From positions 114,540 to 178,539 of IMG/VR virus record IMGVR_UViG_3300033485_000001: a DNA stretch of 64,000 bases; one strand, 5' to 3'. Made by a program: the position numbers and the translations under genes. This document shows positions 18,391 through 26,643 of the stretch, piece after piece. Positions within the stretch are counted from its first letter, which is position 1; every line of letters starts with the position of its first letter. The notes under the pieces are model-generated. The model searched no databases, was not told the origin of the DNA, and was given only the letters and a program-made list of their open reading frames with translations. Origin of the DNA: a virus.

Positions 18391-19488
18391 ATGCCAACCG
18401 AACAGACGATCCTGTTTCTCGGATTCTCCGACGAGCTCGAGAAGATCGCTCGTGCCAAGTGGCGCATCATCGCTGAGAAGGGCGGCAAGCTCCTGAAGAA
18501 GTTGGAGCAGGCTGGACTGAAAATGGAGGAGACACCTCTCGGCAAGTCGATGTCCATGCCGCAGGCTCGCGGCGAGGTCTTCAATCCAGTGACTCGCCGT
18601 TCCGTGAAGCAAATTCGGAATAATCAGATGGCCACCATGCGAGGTGGAGAGATCCGCGTGGGTAACTACGCGCTCCCGAAAGGTCCTACGCTGACCCCAA
18701 TGGGGGAGGAGCCCGTGGGATACTACGGCAAGTTGCAGAAGAAGCTGCGCGGCACCCCGGCGGAGAAAAGCTCAACGCGCGCTCACATCAGTCGGCTCAG
18801 AAAGGAGTTCAAGGCGCGACCGCAGGAGGCGTTCGTGGCGAACGAATTGCCCTACGGACCAGAAGGGGCCTCGAGGACTCGGGAGGTTGCCCGTTCAGTT
18901 CTGGGAGCGCACAAGGACTTCCTGCGCGGGCAGACGGATGTCCGGATCCCAGCAGCGTTGCAGAAGAAGCTCAACATCAAGGCGCCCACCGAGAAGGAGG
19001 TCCCGCAGACCGCCCTCGCGAGAGCTCTCAGCATCAAGAACGAGACCGACGCCAGCCGGGTCGCGAAGGAGATGAAGTCAGCGCGGGAGGAGTTCAAGGC
19101 TCAGGGGAGGCCCGCGCCCGGATCCGCGCCGAAGCCCAAGGCCATGCCGCCTGCCGTTCCGGAGCTCAGCAAGAAGGATCGGGCGGCGGTCGATCGCGTC
19201 AAGAAGATGAACGACGAGGAGCAGGCGAGGGCGTCTCTCGCTCGTGCCAAGAAGGTGTTGAAGGAGGAGAAGACGAAGAGTTCGCCTCCTGCCCCCAAGC
19301 TGAAGGCGCCAAAAGAGCGCGGCGCATCCAAGGAGCGGTACGAGGATCTGAAGCGGGAGATGCGAGACGAGAAGGGGAAGGCGACTCCCTACCTGATCGC
19401 TGGTGGTCTCGCTGCGGGTGCTACGGGCGGCGCCTACCTGCTTCACAGGCGTCGGCAGAAGCAACGGGAGCTGGATCAGAATAGGTAG
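18391..19488 (+). CDS. Basic protein with N-terminal FLGFSDELEKIARAKWR tag and C-terminal glycine-rich TM helix
   Basis: Tag at 18415-18465; YLIAGGLAAGATGGAYLL near the C-terminus. Confidence 0.75.
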   Translation: MPTEQTILFLGFSDELEKIARAKWRIIAEKGGKLLKKLEQAGLKMEETPLGKSMSMPQARGEVFNPVTRRSVKQIRNNQMATMRGGEIRVGNYALPKGPTLTPMGEEPVGYYGKLQKKLRGTPAEKSSTRAHISRLRKEFKARPQEAFVANELPYGPEGASRTREVARSVLGAHKDFLRGQTDVRIPAALQKKLNIKAPTEKEVPQTALARALSIKNETDASRVAKEMKSAREEFKAQGRPAPGSAPKPKAMPPAVPELSKKDRAAVDRVKKMNDEEQARASLARAKKVLKEEKTKSSPPAPKLKAPKERGASKERYEDLKREMRDEKGKATPYLIAGGLAAGATGGAYLLHRRRQKQRELDQNR

Positions 19489-19489
19489 C

Positions 19490-19515
19490 TAAGAGAACGC
19501 CGCAGAGGTGCGGCG
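19490..19515 (-). terminator. Intrinsic terminator
   Basis: The minus strand reads CGCCGCA-CCTC-TGCGGCG followed by TTCTCTTA. Confidence 0.7.
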
Positions 19516-19519
19516 AGAG

Positions 19520-20200
19520 CTACTTGGGGGGAGCCTCCAAGTAGATTCTGATCTCACCATGTCCGTCGGGCATGATGTGCCAGTCGCAGAAGTCCCGCTT
19601 CCCCCTCTTCTTGGTCTGCACCAATCCAGGGTACGCTCCTTCTGCGGCGGTCTCGATCAGCTTCATCAGGGCGGGGCCTTCCTCATAGGGAAGTCGTCGG
19701 TTGCGGGGGTTGTCTTCCTCGGTGGGAAACATCATGCGGTAGCACACCTGGAGTACACGGCCATGTACTTGTACATCCGCGATCTCTCGGTGAGCATTCC
19801 ACAACCCTCCAGGCACAAGCTGGAACTGATCCTGATACAGCATGTTGATCTGTTTCACGAGGACATCCATCCAGTGGAAGTCCCCCTCCACGGCTTCGAG
19901 TGTCACGGCGAACCTCCCGTTGGGGCAGTACTTGCACCACTCACGGTACCTCTCGGGGGTCTTCTTGGTCCACACACAGGAGGTTCTCTGAACCATCTGG
20001 ATGTGGCCGGAGCGGATGCGCTCCTTGGGTTCGCTGACGCTCTTCGGCGGGCGGCCGGTATCTCGAGGACAGGCGACCCACAGCCCCTTCTGATCCAGGA
20101 ACCACTGACTGAGACCGGAGGACGCCTTCCTCTTGGGCTTCTTCTCTTCGACCCCCGAAGACTCGGGATCAGTCGTCCCAGATGTCTCCTCCTTCGTCAT
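19520..20200 (-). CDS. Hypothetical protein
   Basis: GAGGAGG RBS; coupled to the upstream antisense gene. Confidence 0.7.
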   Translation of the reverse strand: MTKEETSGTTDPESSGVEEKKPKRKASSGLSQWFLDQKGLWVACPRDTGRPPKSVSEPKERIRSGHIQMVQRTSCVWTKKTPERYREWCKYCPNGRFAVTLEAVEGDFHWMDVLVKQINMLYQDQFQLVPGGLWNAHREIADVQVHGRVLQVCYRMMFPTEEDNPRNRRLPYEEGPALMKLIETAAEGAYPGLVQTKKRGKRDFCDWHIMPDGHGEIRIYLEAPPK

Positions 20201-21050
20201 CGTCCTCCTCGCTGTCCTCGTCCTTGTCGGAGAGCCAGAACCGCTCGAGCAGCGTTCGGGCGCGATCGTCCGACACCAGAGCGATCGCCTTCTCGGGGTG
20301 CTCCCCGTCCCGCAGGTCGATGCCGTCCTGCCAGCCGGGCTTGCCCTCGAAGCCGGACAGCTTGATGGTGTCGTTGGCTGCCCTCTTCAGGAGCGCGATG
20401 GGAAGACCAGTTGGCCCTCTCCGGACCGGGGCCATCTTGTAGTTCCCAGGAAGCTCCTCGATGAGCGTGCGCTGCTCCTTGGTCGTGTCGCACCCGTCCG
20501 CCACTCCCTTGAGCGGGGTGTGGCTCTTCTTGCCGCTCGGGTCGCCGGCGAAGAAGCACGGCTCCCACTCGGACCACTCTCGCCCGTTGGGCGGCAGCAG
20601 ACCGAACATGGCCAGGTCGCGCCTCGTGTTGAGGATCATACCGTAGCCGACGGTCTCCACCACGATCTCCTTCTGCGAGCGAGTCCTGATCTTCACCTTC
20701 GGCCCCTTGAGGAGGCCGTTGTAGACCATGAGGAGGTCGAGCCGCAGCTTGACCTTGACGCCCTCGACGATCTTCATCCAGGACACACCTTGGGTCTTGA
20801 TCATCTCCTTGAACATGTTGTCCGCCATGGCCACGTGCGTCATGCGGGTCATGGCCAGCTTGGATCCCAGGGCACCACCCTCGGTCCTGGCCCGCTTGAG
20901 GATCTCGTGGAGACGCTTCCCGCCGTACATCCGCAGCATGCGATGCGCCTCCTTGTCGGAGAAGCCCATGTCGACCGCTTTCGCGATCAGCTTCTCCTCC
21001 TTCTTGTCCTCCTTCTTGGGGGCGACCGATCCCTCTTCCACCGATGCCAT
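20169..21050 (-). CDS. Hypothetical protein with acidic C-terminal tail
   Basis: AGGAGGT RBS; upstream TATAAG promoter core. Confidence 0.75.
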   Translation of the reverse strand: MASVEEGSVAPKKEDKKEEKLIAKAVDMGFSDKEAHRMLRMYGGKRLHEILKRARTEGGALGSKLAMTRMTHVAMADNMFKEMIKTQGVSWMKIVEGVKVKLRLDLLMVYNGLLKGPKVKIRTRSQKEIVVETVGYGMILNTRRDLAMFGLLPPNGREWSEWEPCFFAGDPSGKKSHTPLKGVADGCDTTKEQRTLIEELPGNYKMAPVRRGPTGLPIALLKRAANDTIKLSGFEGKPGWQDGIDLRDGEHPEKAIALVSDDRARTLLERFWLSDKDEDSEEDDDEGGDIWDD

Positions 21051-21089
21051 CTTGCACCTCCTCCCTAACTAGGGAAACAGATCACTGCC

Positions 21090-21105
21090 ACATGAACCTT
21101 ATAGC
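21090..21105 (-). promoter_or_regulatory. TATAAG-core promoter
   Basis: The minus strand reads GCTATAAGGTTCATG, about 45 nt upstream of the 21050 start. Confidence 0.5.
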
Positions 21106-21107
21106 GG

Positions 21108-21136
21108 TTGGCTTGATCGATTTGTGGTGGTACTTT
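21108..21136 (+). promoter_or_regulatory. Sigma70-like promoter upstream of terminase
   Basis: TTGGCT-17 nt-TACTTT with an extended -10 TG. Confidence 0.4.
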
Positions 21137-21145
21137 CAGAGGCAG

Positions 21146-22966
21146 ATGCAAGCCGAACCTGTCAGTGACTACAGGGACTTCTACGTTGACGCCAAGCGAG
21201 CCGTAGATGCGGGAGTCTTCGATCAGAGCGTCGAGGATGGCATCGATGACTGGATGGCAAGGCTCAACGAGGAGGACGAGGAGATCGAGGCGATCCTTGC
21301 TGAAGAGGATGTGACGGACGGGACGTTCAAGCGCCCGCAGATGGAGATCCTCCCCTCCGAGTTCACCGAGTTCGCGATCAGAATTCCGGTGGCTGGAGAC
21401 CTCGAGCCCTTCAGCTTCGCGACCAGGCGCTACCTCAAGCCGGTCTACGACACGCCGGCGAGGAGGACGCTGCTCAAGTGCGCCCGGCAGACCGAGAAGA
21501 GCACATCGCTGGGCAACAAGAGCTTGGCGTACTGCGGGATCAACTACGGCTTCAAGGTCCTCTACGTCAGCGCCACGGCGACTCAGGCCCAGGTCTTCAG
21601 CGTCGACCGCATCAAGGAGCCGCTCGACATCTCCCCCGAGATGCGGTTCCTCATCGACACCCGGCTCAACCAGAACGTCCTCTTCAAGCAGTTCAAGAAC
21701 CGCTCGCAGATCAGAATCAGGTACGCCTTCCTGAACGCCGACCGGACGCGCGGCATCCCGGCGGACATGATCCTGATCGATGAGTTCCAGGACATCCTCT
21801 TCGCCAACGTCCCAGTCATCGAGCAGTGCGCCTCCCACTCCTACTGGAAGCTCTACTGCTACTCGGGCACGCCCAAGAGCTTGGACAACTCGATCGAGGT
21901 CTACTGGTCGAACTACTCCACCCAGAACGAGTGGATGGTCCCATGCGAGAGGCACGGTCACCCCGGCAAGCCGCACTCCTGGTTCTGGAACAACCTCGGC
22001 ATCAAGAACATCGGGAAGAAGGGATTGATCTGCGCCAAGTGTGGACAGTCCATCGATCCAACGCATCCCAGCGCGAGCTGGGCCTCACGACAACCAGTCA
22101 CCGAGGACAACGCCCACCGTGTCACCTTCGAGGGCTACCGCATCTCCCAGCTGATGGTCCCGTGGATCAGCTGGCAAGACGACGTCATCATGGCGCTCGA
22201 GCGGTACGGCACCGCCAAGTTCTACAACGAGGTGCTCGGCCTCTCCTACGACTCCGGTGTTCGCCCGCTCACCAGGACCCAGGTTCAGTCCTGTTGCCAG
22301 AACAGGATCAGGTTCGGTGATGTGATCGAGAACGCGCAGAAGTGCCACGGAGGTGTCTTCGTCGGCATCGACTGGGGCACTGGAGAGCAGGCGTCCTACA
22401 CCGTCGTCGCCCTCGGCGGGTACATGGGCAACGAGTTCCAGATCTTCTACGTTCACAGGTTCACGGGTGAGGACCTCGAGCCGCAGCGGCAGCTTCAGAT
22501 GATCGCGAAACTCCTGGTCGCCGTGAACTTCAAGATCATCGGAGCAGACTACGGCGGCGGCTTCGACAGGAACGACTTCCTCCAGAGGAACTTCGGAACC
22601 CTGCGCCTGGCCAAGTACCAGTACGCTGGATCTCCCAAGGCGAAGGTGAAGTGGCAGCCCAAGCTCGGCCGCTTCATCCTCCACCGCACCGAGATCATGA
22701 GCGACATCTTCAACGCGCTCAAGTACAAGAAGATCTACCTCCCCAACTGGGAGGAGTTCGCAACCCCGCACGGGGACGACATGCTCAACATCTTCAGCGA
22801 GTACAACGATCAGCTCAACATGATCCAGTACAAGCTGAGTCCTGGGAAGAGCGACGACACCTTCCACGCCGTCCTCTATTGCTTCCTGGTCTCCATGCTC
22901 ATGAAGCCCAGGCCCGACATCATCATCCCGCTTCACGCCGGACACGTGGACTTCAACCGGCGCTGA
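21146..22966 (+). CDS. terL: Terminase large subunit (lambda gpA-like)
   Basis: Walker A-like KCARQTEKST, Walker B RGIPADMILIDEFQD, nuclease VGIDWG and DDTFH, Zn ribbon CERH...CAKC. Likely start is ATG 21146; the ORF is open from 21044. Confidence 0.88.
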   Translation: MQAEPVSDYRDFYVDAKRAVDAGVFDQSVEDGIDDWMARLNEEDEEIEAILAEEDVTDGTFKRPQMEILPSEFTEFAIRIPVAGDLEPFSFATRRYLKPVYDTPARRTLLKCARQTEKSTSLGNKSLAYCGINYGFKVLYVSATATQAQVFSVDRIKEPLDISPEMRFLIDTRLNQNVLFKQFKNRSQIRIRYAFLNADRTRGIPADMILIDEFQDILFANVPVIEQCASHSYWKLYCYSGTPKSLDNSIEVYWSNYSTQNEWMVPCERHGHPGKPHSWFWNNLGIKNIGKKGLICAKCGQSIDPTHPSASWASRQPVTEDNAHRVTFEGYRISQLMVPWISWQDDVIMALERYGTAKFYNEVLGLSYDSGVRPLTRTQVQSCCQNRIRFGDVIENAQKCHGGVFVGIDWGTGEQASYTVVALGGYMGNEFQIFYVHRFTGEDLEPQRQLQMIAKLLVAVNFKIIGADYGGGFDRNDFLQRNFGTLRLAKYQYAGSPKAKVKWQPKLGRFILHRTEIMSDIFNALKYKKIYLPNWEEFATPHGDDMLNIFSEYNDQLNMIQYKLSPGKSDDTFHAVLYCFLVSMLMKPRPDIIIPLHAGHVDFNRR

Positions 22967-22995
22967 GAAAAACGACATGGCCTGAAGATTTTCTG

Positions 22996-23024
22996 TTGAC
23001 AGGTCAGGTAGGCGGACCTATAAC
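22996..23024 (+). promoter_or_regulatory. Near-consensus sigma70 promoter
   Basis: TTGACA (22996-23001)-17 nt-TATAAC (23019-23024). Confidence 0.85.
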
Positions 23025-23030
23025 AGACAC

Positions 23031-23424
23031 TGCCTCGCGAGATCGAGGAGGCTCCGAAAGGATCCGAATCGCTCTCCGAACCGGGGAGGCCCCCGGAACT
23101 GCTGGAGGAGGATCATCCCCAACGATCCCAGCAGTCGGCCCTGGAGCGGAAGGGAAACCTTCCAGGGATGGTCGGCTCCAGGGAAGCTCGAGATGGGGCA
23201 GCGTGCGGGTAACACCGTTTCGTGCGTCCCATCGAAGAGTGCGGTGACGGATCGGATGTCCGGGCTGGACTCGAAAGAGGAAGGCGGCTCTGATCAGGGG
23301 AGGCGGCGTCGAGCTCGAACCCGTAGGCGCCAGGCCGGTGGGTAACACCATCGGTGGGGAAACCCGGATCGAGACGCGATGCGACGAAGGCCCGGTGGCG
23401 AAAGCTGTCGGGCCTTTCGTCTAT
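23031..23424 (+). ncRNA. Putative structured ncRNA of about 390 nt, unknown class
   Basis: Own promoter, 5'/3' closing helix, at least eight stems, five GAAA tetraloops, two GUAACA loops, terminal 17-bp hairpin, no credible ORF. Confidence 0.7.
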
Positions 23425-23440
23425 CTGGACCATGACCATG

Positions 23441-23488
23441 TAAGAAGATCACCCAAGGGGTGACCATCCCGACCGGCGGCGGGGTTGG
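23441..23488 (-). terminator. Twin-hairpin terminator (CCGCCG-loop hairpin, then GGTCACCC/GGGTGATC and TTCTTA)
   Basis: Nearly the same arrangement as 48068-48110. Confidence 0.7.
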
Positions 23489-23504
23489 TAGGTGCCGGTT
23501 GCGG

Positions 23505-23999
23505 CTAGCGGCGGGCGCTCTCGCGGTCGCCCTTGCGGTCGCCCTTGCGGGGCTTCTCGTCGTCCTCGTCCTCGTCGTCCTTCTTGGACTTGGACTTCTT
23601 CTTGCGCTCGGGGGTTCCGGCGATCTCCTCGCGGATCGCCTGGACCAGCTCTCGCGCGTCGAGCTGTCCGGCGTCCTTGATGGCGTCGCCGACTTCCTCG
23701 AGCGCCTCGCCGAACTCCTCGACGAGCTCCTCGGCGCCGTTCGCGATCGCGCACTCGAGGTCGTGCGCGTCCTCGGCGGCGTCGGCGGCCCCGAGGATCG
23801 TCCCGGTGATGCCGCCGACGACGAGCGCGGTGGTCTGGTCGACGGCGAAGAGCTGGCTCGCGACGAACCCGCCGCCGACCCCCACGCCGCCTCCCTTGAT
23901 CCCTCCCCGAATGACCTTCTCGGAGTGTCGCTTGACGCTGCCCCACCGGGTCGGCTTCTCGATCTGGATCCCGAGTCTCTTCTTCTTCCCCTTGGACAT
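23505..23999 (-). CDS. Protein with basic N-terminus, glycine-zipper helices and acidic C-terminal domain
   Basis: AGGAGGT RBS; own promoter and terminator; very high GC3. Confidence 0.75.
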   Translation of the reverse strand: MSKGKKKRLGIQIEKPTRWGSVKRHSEKVIRGGIKGGGVGVGGGFVASQLFAVDQTTALVVGGITGTILGAADAAEDAHDLECAIANGAEELVEEFGEALEEVGDAIKDAGQLDARELVQAIREEIAGTPERKKKSKSKKDDEDEDDEKPRKGDRKGDRESARR

Positions 24000-24041
24000 G
24001 TGCACCTCCTTGCTTGCAAGCAAATGTAGGGGTTTCCAGTA

Positions 24042-24083
24042 CATTGATCTTATATACTGGGAGGTGCTGGGATTTTCACTTTT
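24042..24083 (-). promoter_or_regulatory. Bipartite promoter AAGTGAAA-N17-TATATAAGATCAATG
   Basis: Same spacing as at 48545-48587 and 54319-54359. Confidence 0.75.
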
Positions 24084-24822
24084 AGCTGATCTGAAGGTGT
24101 CCGGGACGGCCTGTGACCTTCAACTGCTTGGCGAGATGATCGAAAAGCTCGATGTCGGACGCAGCGAGCTTGGCGAGGAGCTTGCGGGAGGGTCCTAGTT
24201 GAGCAGCCTTCTCCACGAAGAGCACGGCGATGGTGGCGAGGTTCTTCCTGCCGAAGTGGAGGAGGTCTCGAAGGCGTTGGAGATCGAGGTTGGTCTGGAG
24301 ATCCTTGTGCTGCCCAACGAAGCGGGTCATGTCCAGGCAGAGCCGGTAGAAGGTCTGCCAACTGTGATCCACGTTCATCATCTCGTTGAGCCTGTCGATC
24401 TCCACCTCAGTGATCTTCATGAAGACCTCGGCGTACTTCAGCATCTCGTCCACCGGCCACGCCTCTCGGCCCATCGACAGCATGGCGTTCTCGTGGAGGT
24501 TCTGGAGAGCTGCATCCTCCAGGTGTAGGAACCTGGAGGCAGACTGGCTGTTCACCTCCAGCAGCAGGTTGATCGCGTTCTCCAACCGCTGAACCTTCTG
24601 CTCCACGAAGAGGAGCCGCCTGATCAGCTCTCCCGGCTTCATCTCCCCGGCGATGTTCAGCCGGTGGATGTCGGCCAGGTCTTCCTGGCGGACGAAGATG
24701 TTGTCGCCCTCCGCCTTCCAGCGCATGAGGCCCTGGTCGAGGAGATCGTGGACTCGCTTCGAGCTGAACCCCAAGATCTTTGCTGCCTCGGACACCAGTA
24801 GGTACTTGACATCGCTTCCCAT
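24082..24822 (-). CDS. Excisionase/MerR-like (HTH_17-type) DNA-binding protein with coiled coil
   Basis: YLLVSEAAKILGFSSKRVHDLLDQGLM; heptad segment LIRRLLFVEQKVQRLENAINLL. Confidence 0.7.
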   Translation of the reverse strand: MGSDVKYLLVSEAAKILGFSSKRVHDLLDQGLMRWKAEGDNIFVRQEDLADIHRLNIAGEMKPGELIRRLLFVEQKVQRLENAINLLLEVNSQSASRFLHLEDAALQNLHENAMLSMGREAWPVDEMLKYAEVFMKITEVEIDRLNEMMNVDHSWQTFYRLCLDMTRFVGQHKDLQTNLDLQRLRDLLHFGRKNLATIAVLFVEKAAQLGPSRKLLAKLAASDIELFDHLAKQLKVTGRPGHLQIS

Positions 24823-24895
24823 TAGATCTCTCGTGTGTTACGTTGATGTTAGCAGAGACACGGCCGGGCGTGTACGCGAAACAAGGAGACCGGCC

Positions 24896-25804
24896 ATGAC
24901 GAGGGATCGGCACATGATGGGAGCACAGGCAGCGCACTTCACGACGGCAGCAGGATCGCATCGTGAGGTACAGCCCGAGCGGCTCCAGATGCTCGGGAAG
25001 AGGGCCAGCGCCCTGTTCGTCGAGCAGGGGATCCCGCTGACCGATGCAGTGGTGCGTGTCCTCTCGGAGGAGAACGGGCTGAATCGCAACCACGTCCAGC
25101 GGGTGACGGAGTTCGCGAACAACTACGCCTTCGAGGACATGTTCAACAAGGAAGCCAGTGATCACAGGGTCATCGACTTCGGCGAGAGCGGACCGGCGGA
25201 CACCGCCGCAGTCCTGAAGGAGCTCAACTCCGTGGGACGTGGTCAGATCAAGACGGCCGCCAGGCAGCCCGTTCCCAGTCGGCGCTTCGTCCCCGGTCAG
25301 GACAGCGCGCAGGAGAACCACGCCCTCACCAAGACCGCTGCGGCTGCGCCCTCGTACCCGTTCGTCGATCCGTATCGGGAGCTGGGTGATCTGCGCGATG
25401 ACGTCGGCAGGGCGAAGGGCGAGATGCTCCAGAAGGTCGCAGACGCCGGTCTGGAGTACGACGCTGCGTGCAACCTGCTCTACGCCCTGACCAAGCAGGC
25501 CGTGCTCCATGGGACCTCGCCGGCGGACGTGACCGTGGCCTTCATGCAGCGGGCGCCCGACAAGGTCATGGTGAAGCTCGCGCTGAAGGAGATCGCGCAG
25601 CGCATGGATCACGACCAGATCCCTGCGGTGCCCATGGCGAAGCACGCCTCGGCGCGCGTGGTCAACCCGGACCACCCCCTCATGAAGGCGTTCGACGACT
25701 TCACGAAGACGGCGGTGGACTACTTCGGGAAGATCAAGGCGGCGGAGGATCTGACCGCGCAGTACACCCGAGTCGATCGGAAGCTGCGAGGGATGATCCA
25801 ATGA
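24896..25804 (+). CDS. Head morphogenesis-associated hypothetical protein
   Basis: AAGGAGA RBS; K-x-A motifs (IKTAA, TKTAA, QKVAD, AKHAS). Confidence 0.75.
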   Translation: MTRDRHMMGAQAAHFTTAAGSHREVQPERLQMLGKRASALFVEQGIPLTDAVVRVLSEENGLNRNHVQRVTEFANNYAFEDMFNKEASDHRVIDFGESGPADTAAVLKELNSVGRGQIKTAARQPVPSRRFVPGQDSAQENHALTKTAAAAPSYPFVDPYRELGDLRDDVGRAKGEMLQKVADAGLEYDAACNLLYALTKQAVLHGTSPADVTVAFMQRAPDKVMVKLALKEIAQRMDHDQIPAVPMAKHASARVVNPDHPLMKAFDDFTKTAVDYFGKIKAAEDLTAQYTRVDRKLRGMIQ

Positions 25805-26154
25805 TCGAGAAGTCAGCACAGCTCATGAGCGCAGACCTCCTGGTCCGCATGGAGAAGCTCGCCGACGTCGCTGGTGCTGTCGGCAAGGGCATCTCCGGAA
25901 CAGCCAAGGGGATCTGGGACGTAGTTGGCGCCGGGACTGGCGCAGCCGCGAAGGAGCTCGGGCGACACGGTCTCGCCGGCAAGGCGCTCGGGCTCGGCGT
26001 CCGCGCAGCTCCTCTGACAGGGGTTGTGGTGGGCGGCAACTACCTCGTGGGCGATCCAGCAGGGAAGCATCTCCGCAGGAAGATCGACGAGTTCCGCGCT
26101 CGTCGGGCCATGCAACAGGCTGTGTACGATCCACAGTCAGGGATGATGTACTGA
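25801..26154 (+). CDS. Small glycine-rich protein with EKSA/EKLA leader
   Basis: MIEKSAQL...MEKLADVAG followed by an amphipathic Gly-rich helix. Confidence 0.7.
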   Translation: MIEKSAQLMSADLLVRMEKLADVAGAVGKGISGTAKGIWDVVGAGTGAAAKELGRHGLAGKALGLGVRAAPLTGVVVGGNYLVGDPAGKHLRRKIDEFRARRAMQQAVYDPQSGMMY

Positions 26155-26633
26155 TGAGCGATCCAGTAACAGAGTTCCTCGAGCTCGAGAAGCGTGGCGG
26201 TGCACTGGGCCAATTCGGCGGTCAGCTCGCGCTGGCCACTGGGACCATCGCGGCTGGTGCCCTCGCGAATGAGGTCTATCGCGGGATCAAGAACGCGGTC
26301 GGACGTTCGCGGGGCTTCAGGCAGATGATGGAGTACAACCCGGAGCTGGCGAAGGAAGACCGCGCCAAGGTCCAGATGATCTTCAACACGCTTCACAACG
26401 TCAGCCCGGACCTGGCCAAGGATCCACTCGTCGCCAACTCCTGGGTCAAGCGGATGATGTACCAGGACGAGTACATCGACCCCAAGACGATGAGCGACCT
26501 GGCGACCGCGCAGCAGCGCATGGGGCAGTCGCGGGGGTACGGCCTGGACTTCGCCAACATCGCGATGGAGGGAGTCCGGGGTTCGGCCACGCCCGGAGGG
26601 ATCAGCCCCTTCGCCCCTCACGGTAGGGGATAG
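26154..26633 (+). CDS. Small protein with EFLELEKRG leader and hydrophobic helix
   Basis: Leader variant followed by LALATGTIAAGALA. Confidence 0.7.
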   Translation: MSDPVTEFLELEKRGGALGQFGGQLALATGTIAAGALANEVYRGIKNAVGRSRGFRQMMEYNPELAKEDRAKVQMIFNTLHNVSPDLAKDPLVANSWVKRMMYQDEYIDPKTMSDLATAQQRMGQSRGYGLDFANIAMEGVRGSATPGGISPFAPHGRG

Positions 26634-26643
26634 CTGCTGAGTC

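Noticed and set aside
23031-23424. RNase P RNA, tmRNA, SRP RNA or tRNA identity for the first ncRNA
   Set aside because: Short resemblances exist (GAACCCGTAGGC, GGTAAC-capped hairpins), but the CR-I/CR-V pseudoknot, tmRNA acceptor ends, SRP helix-8 motif and cloverleaf are not found in order.
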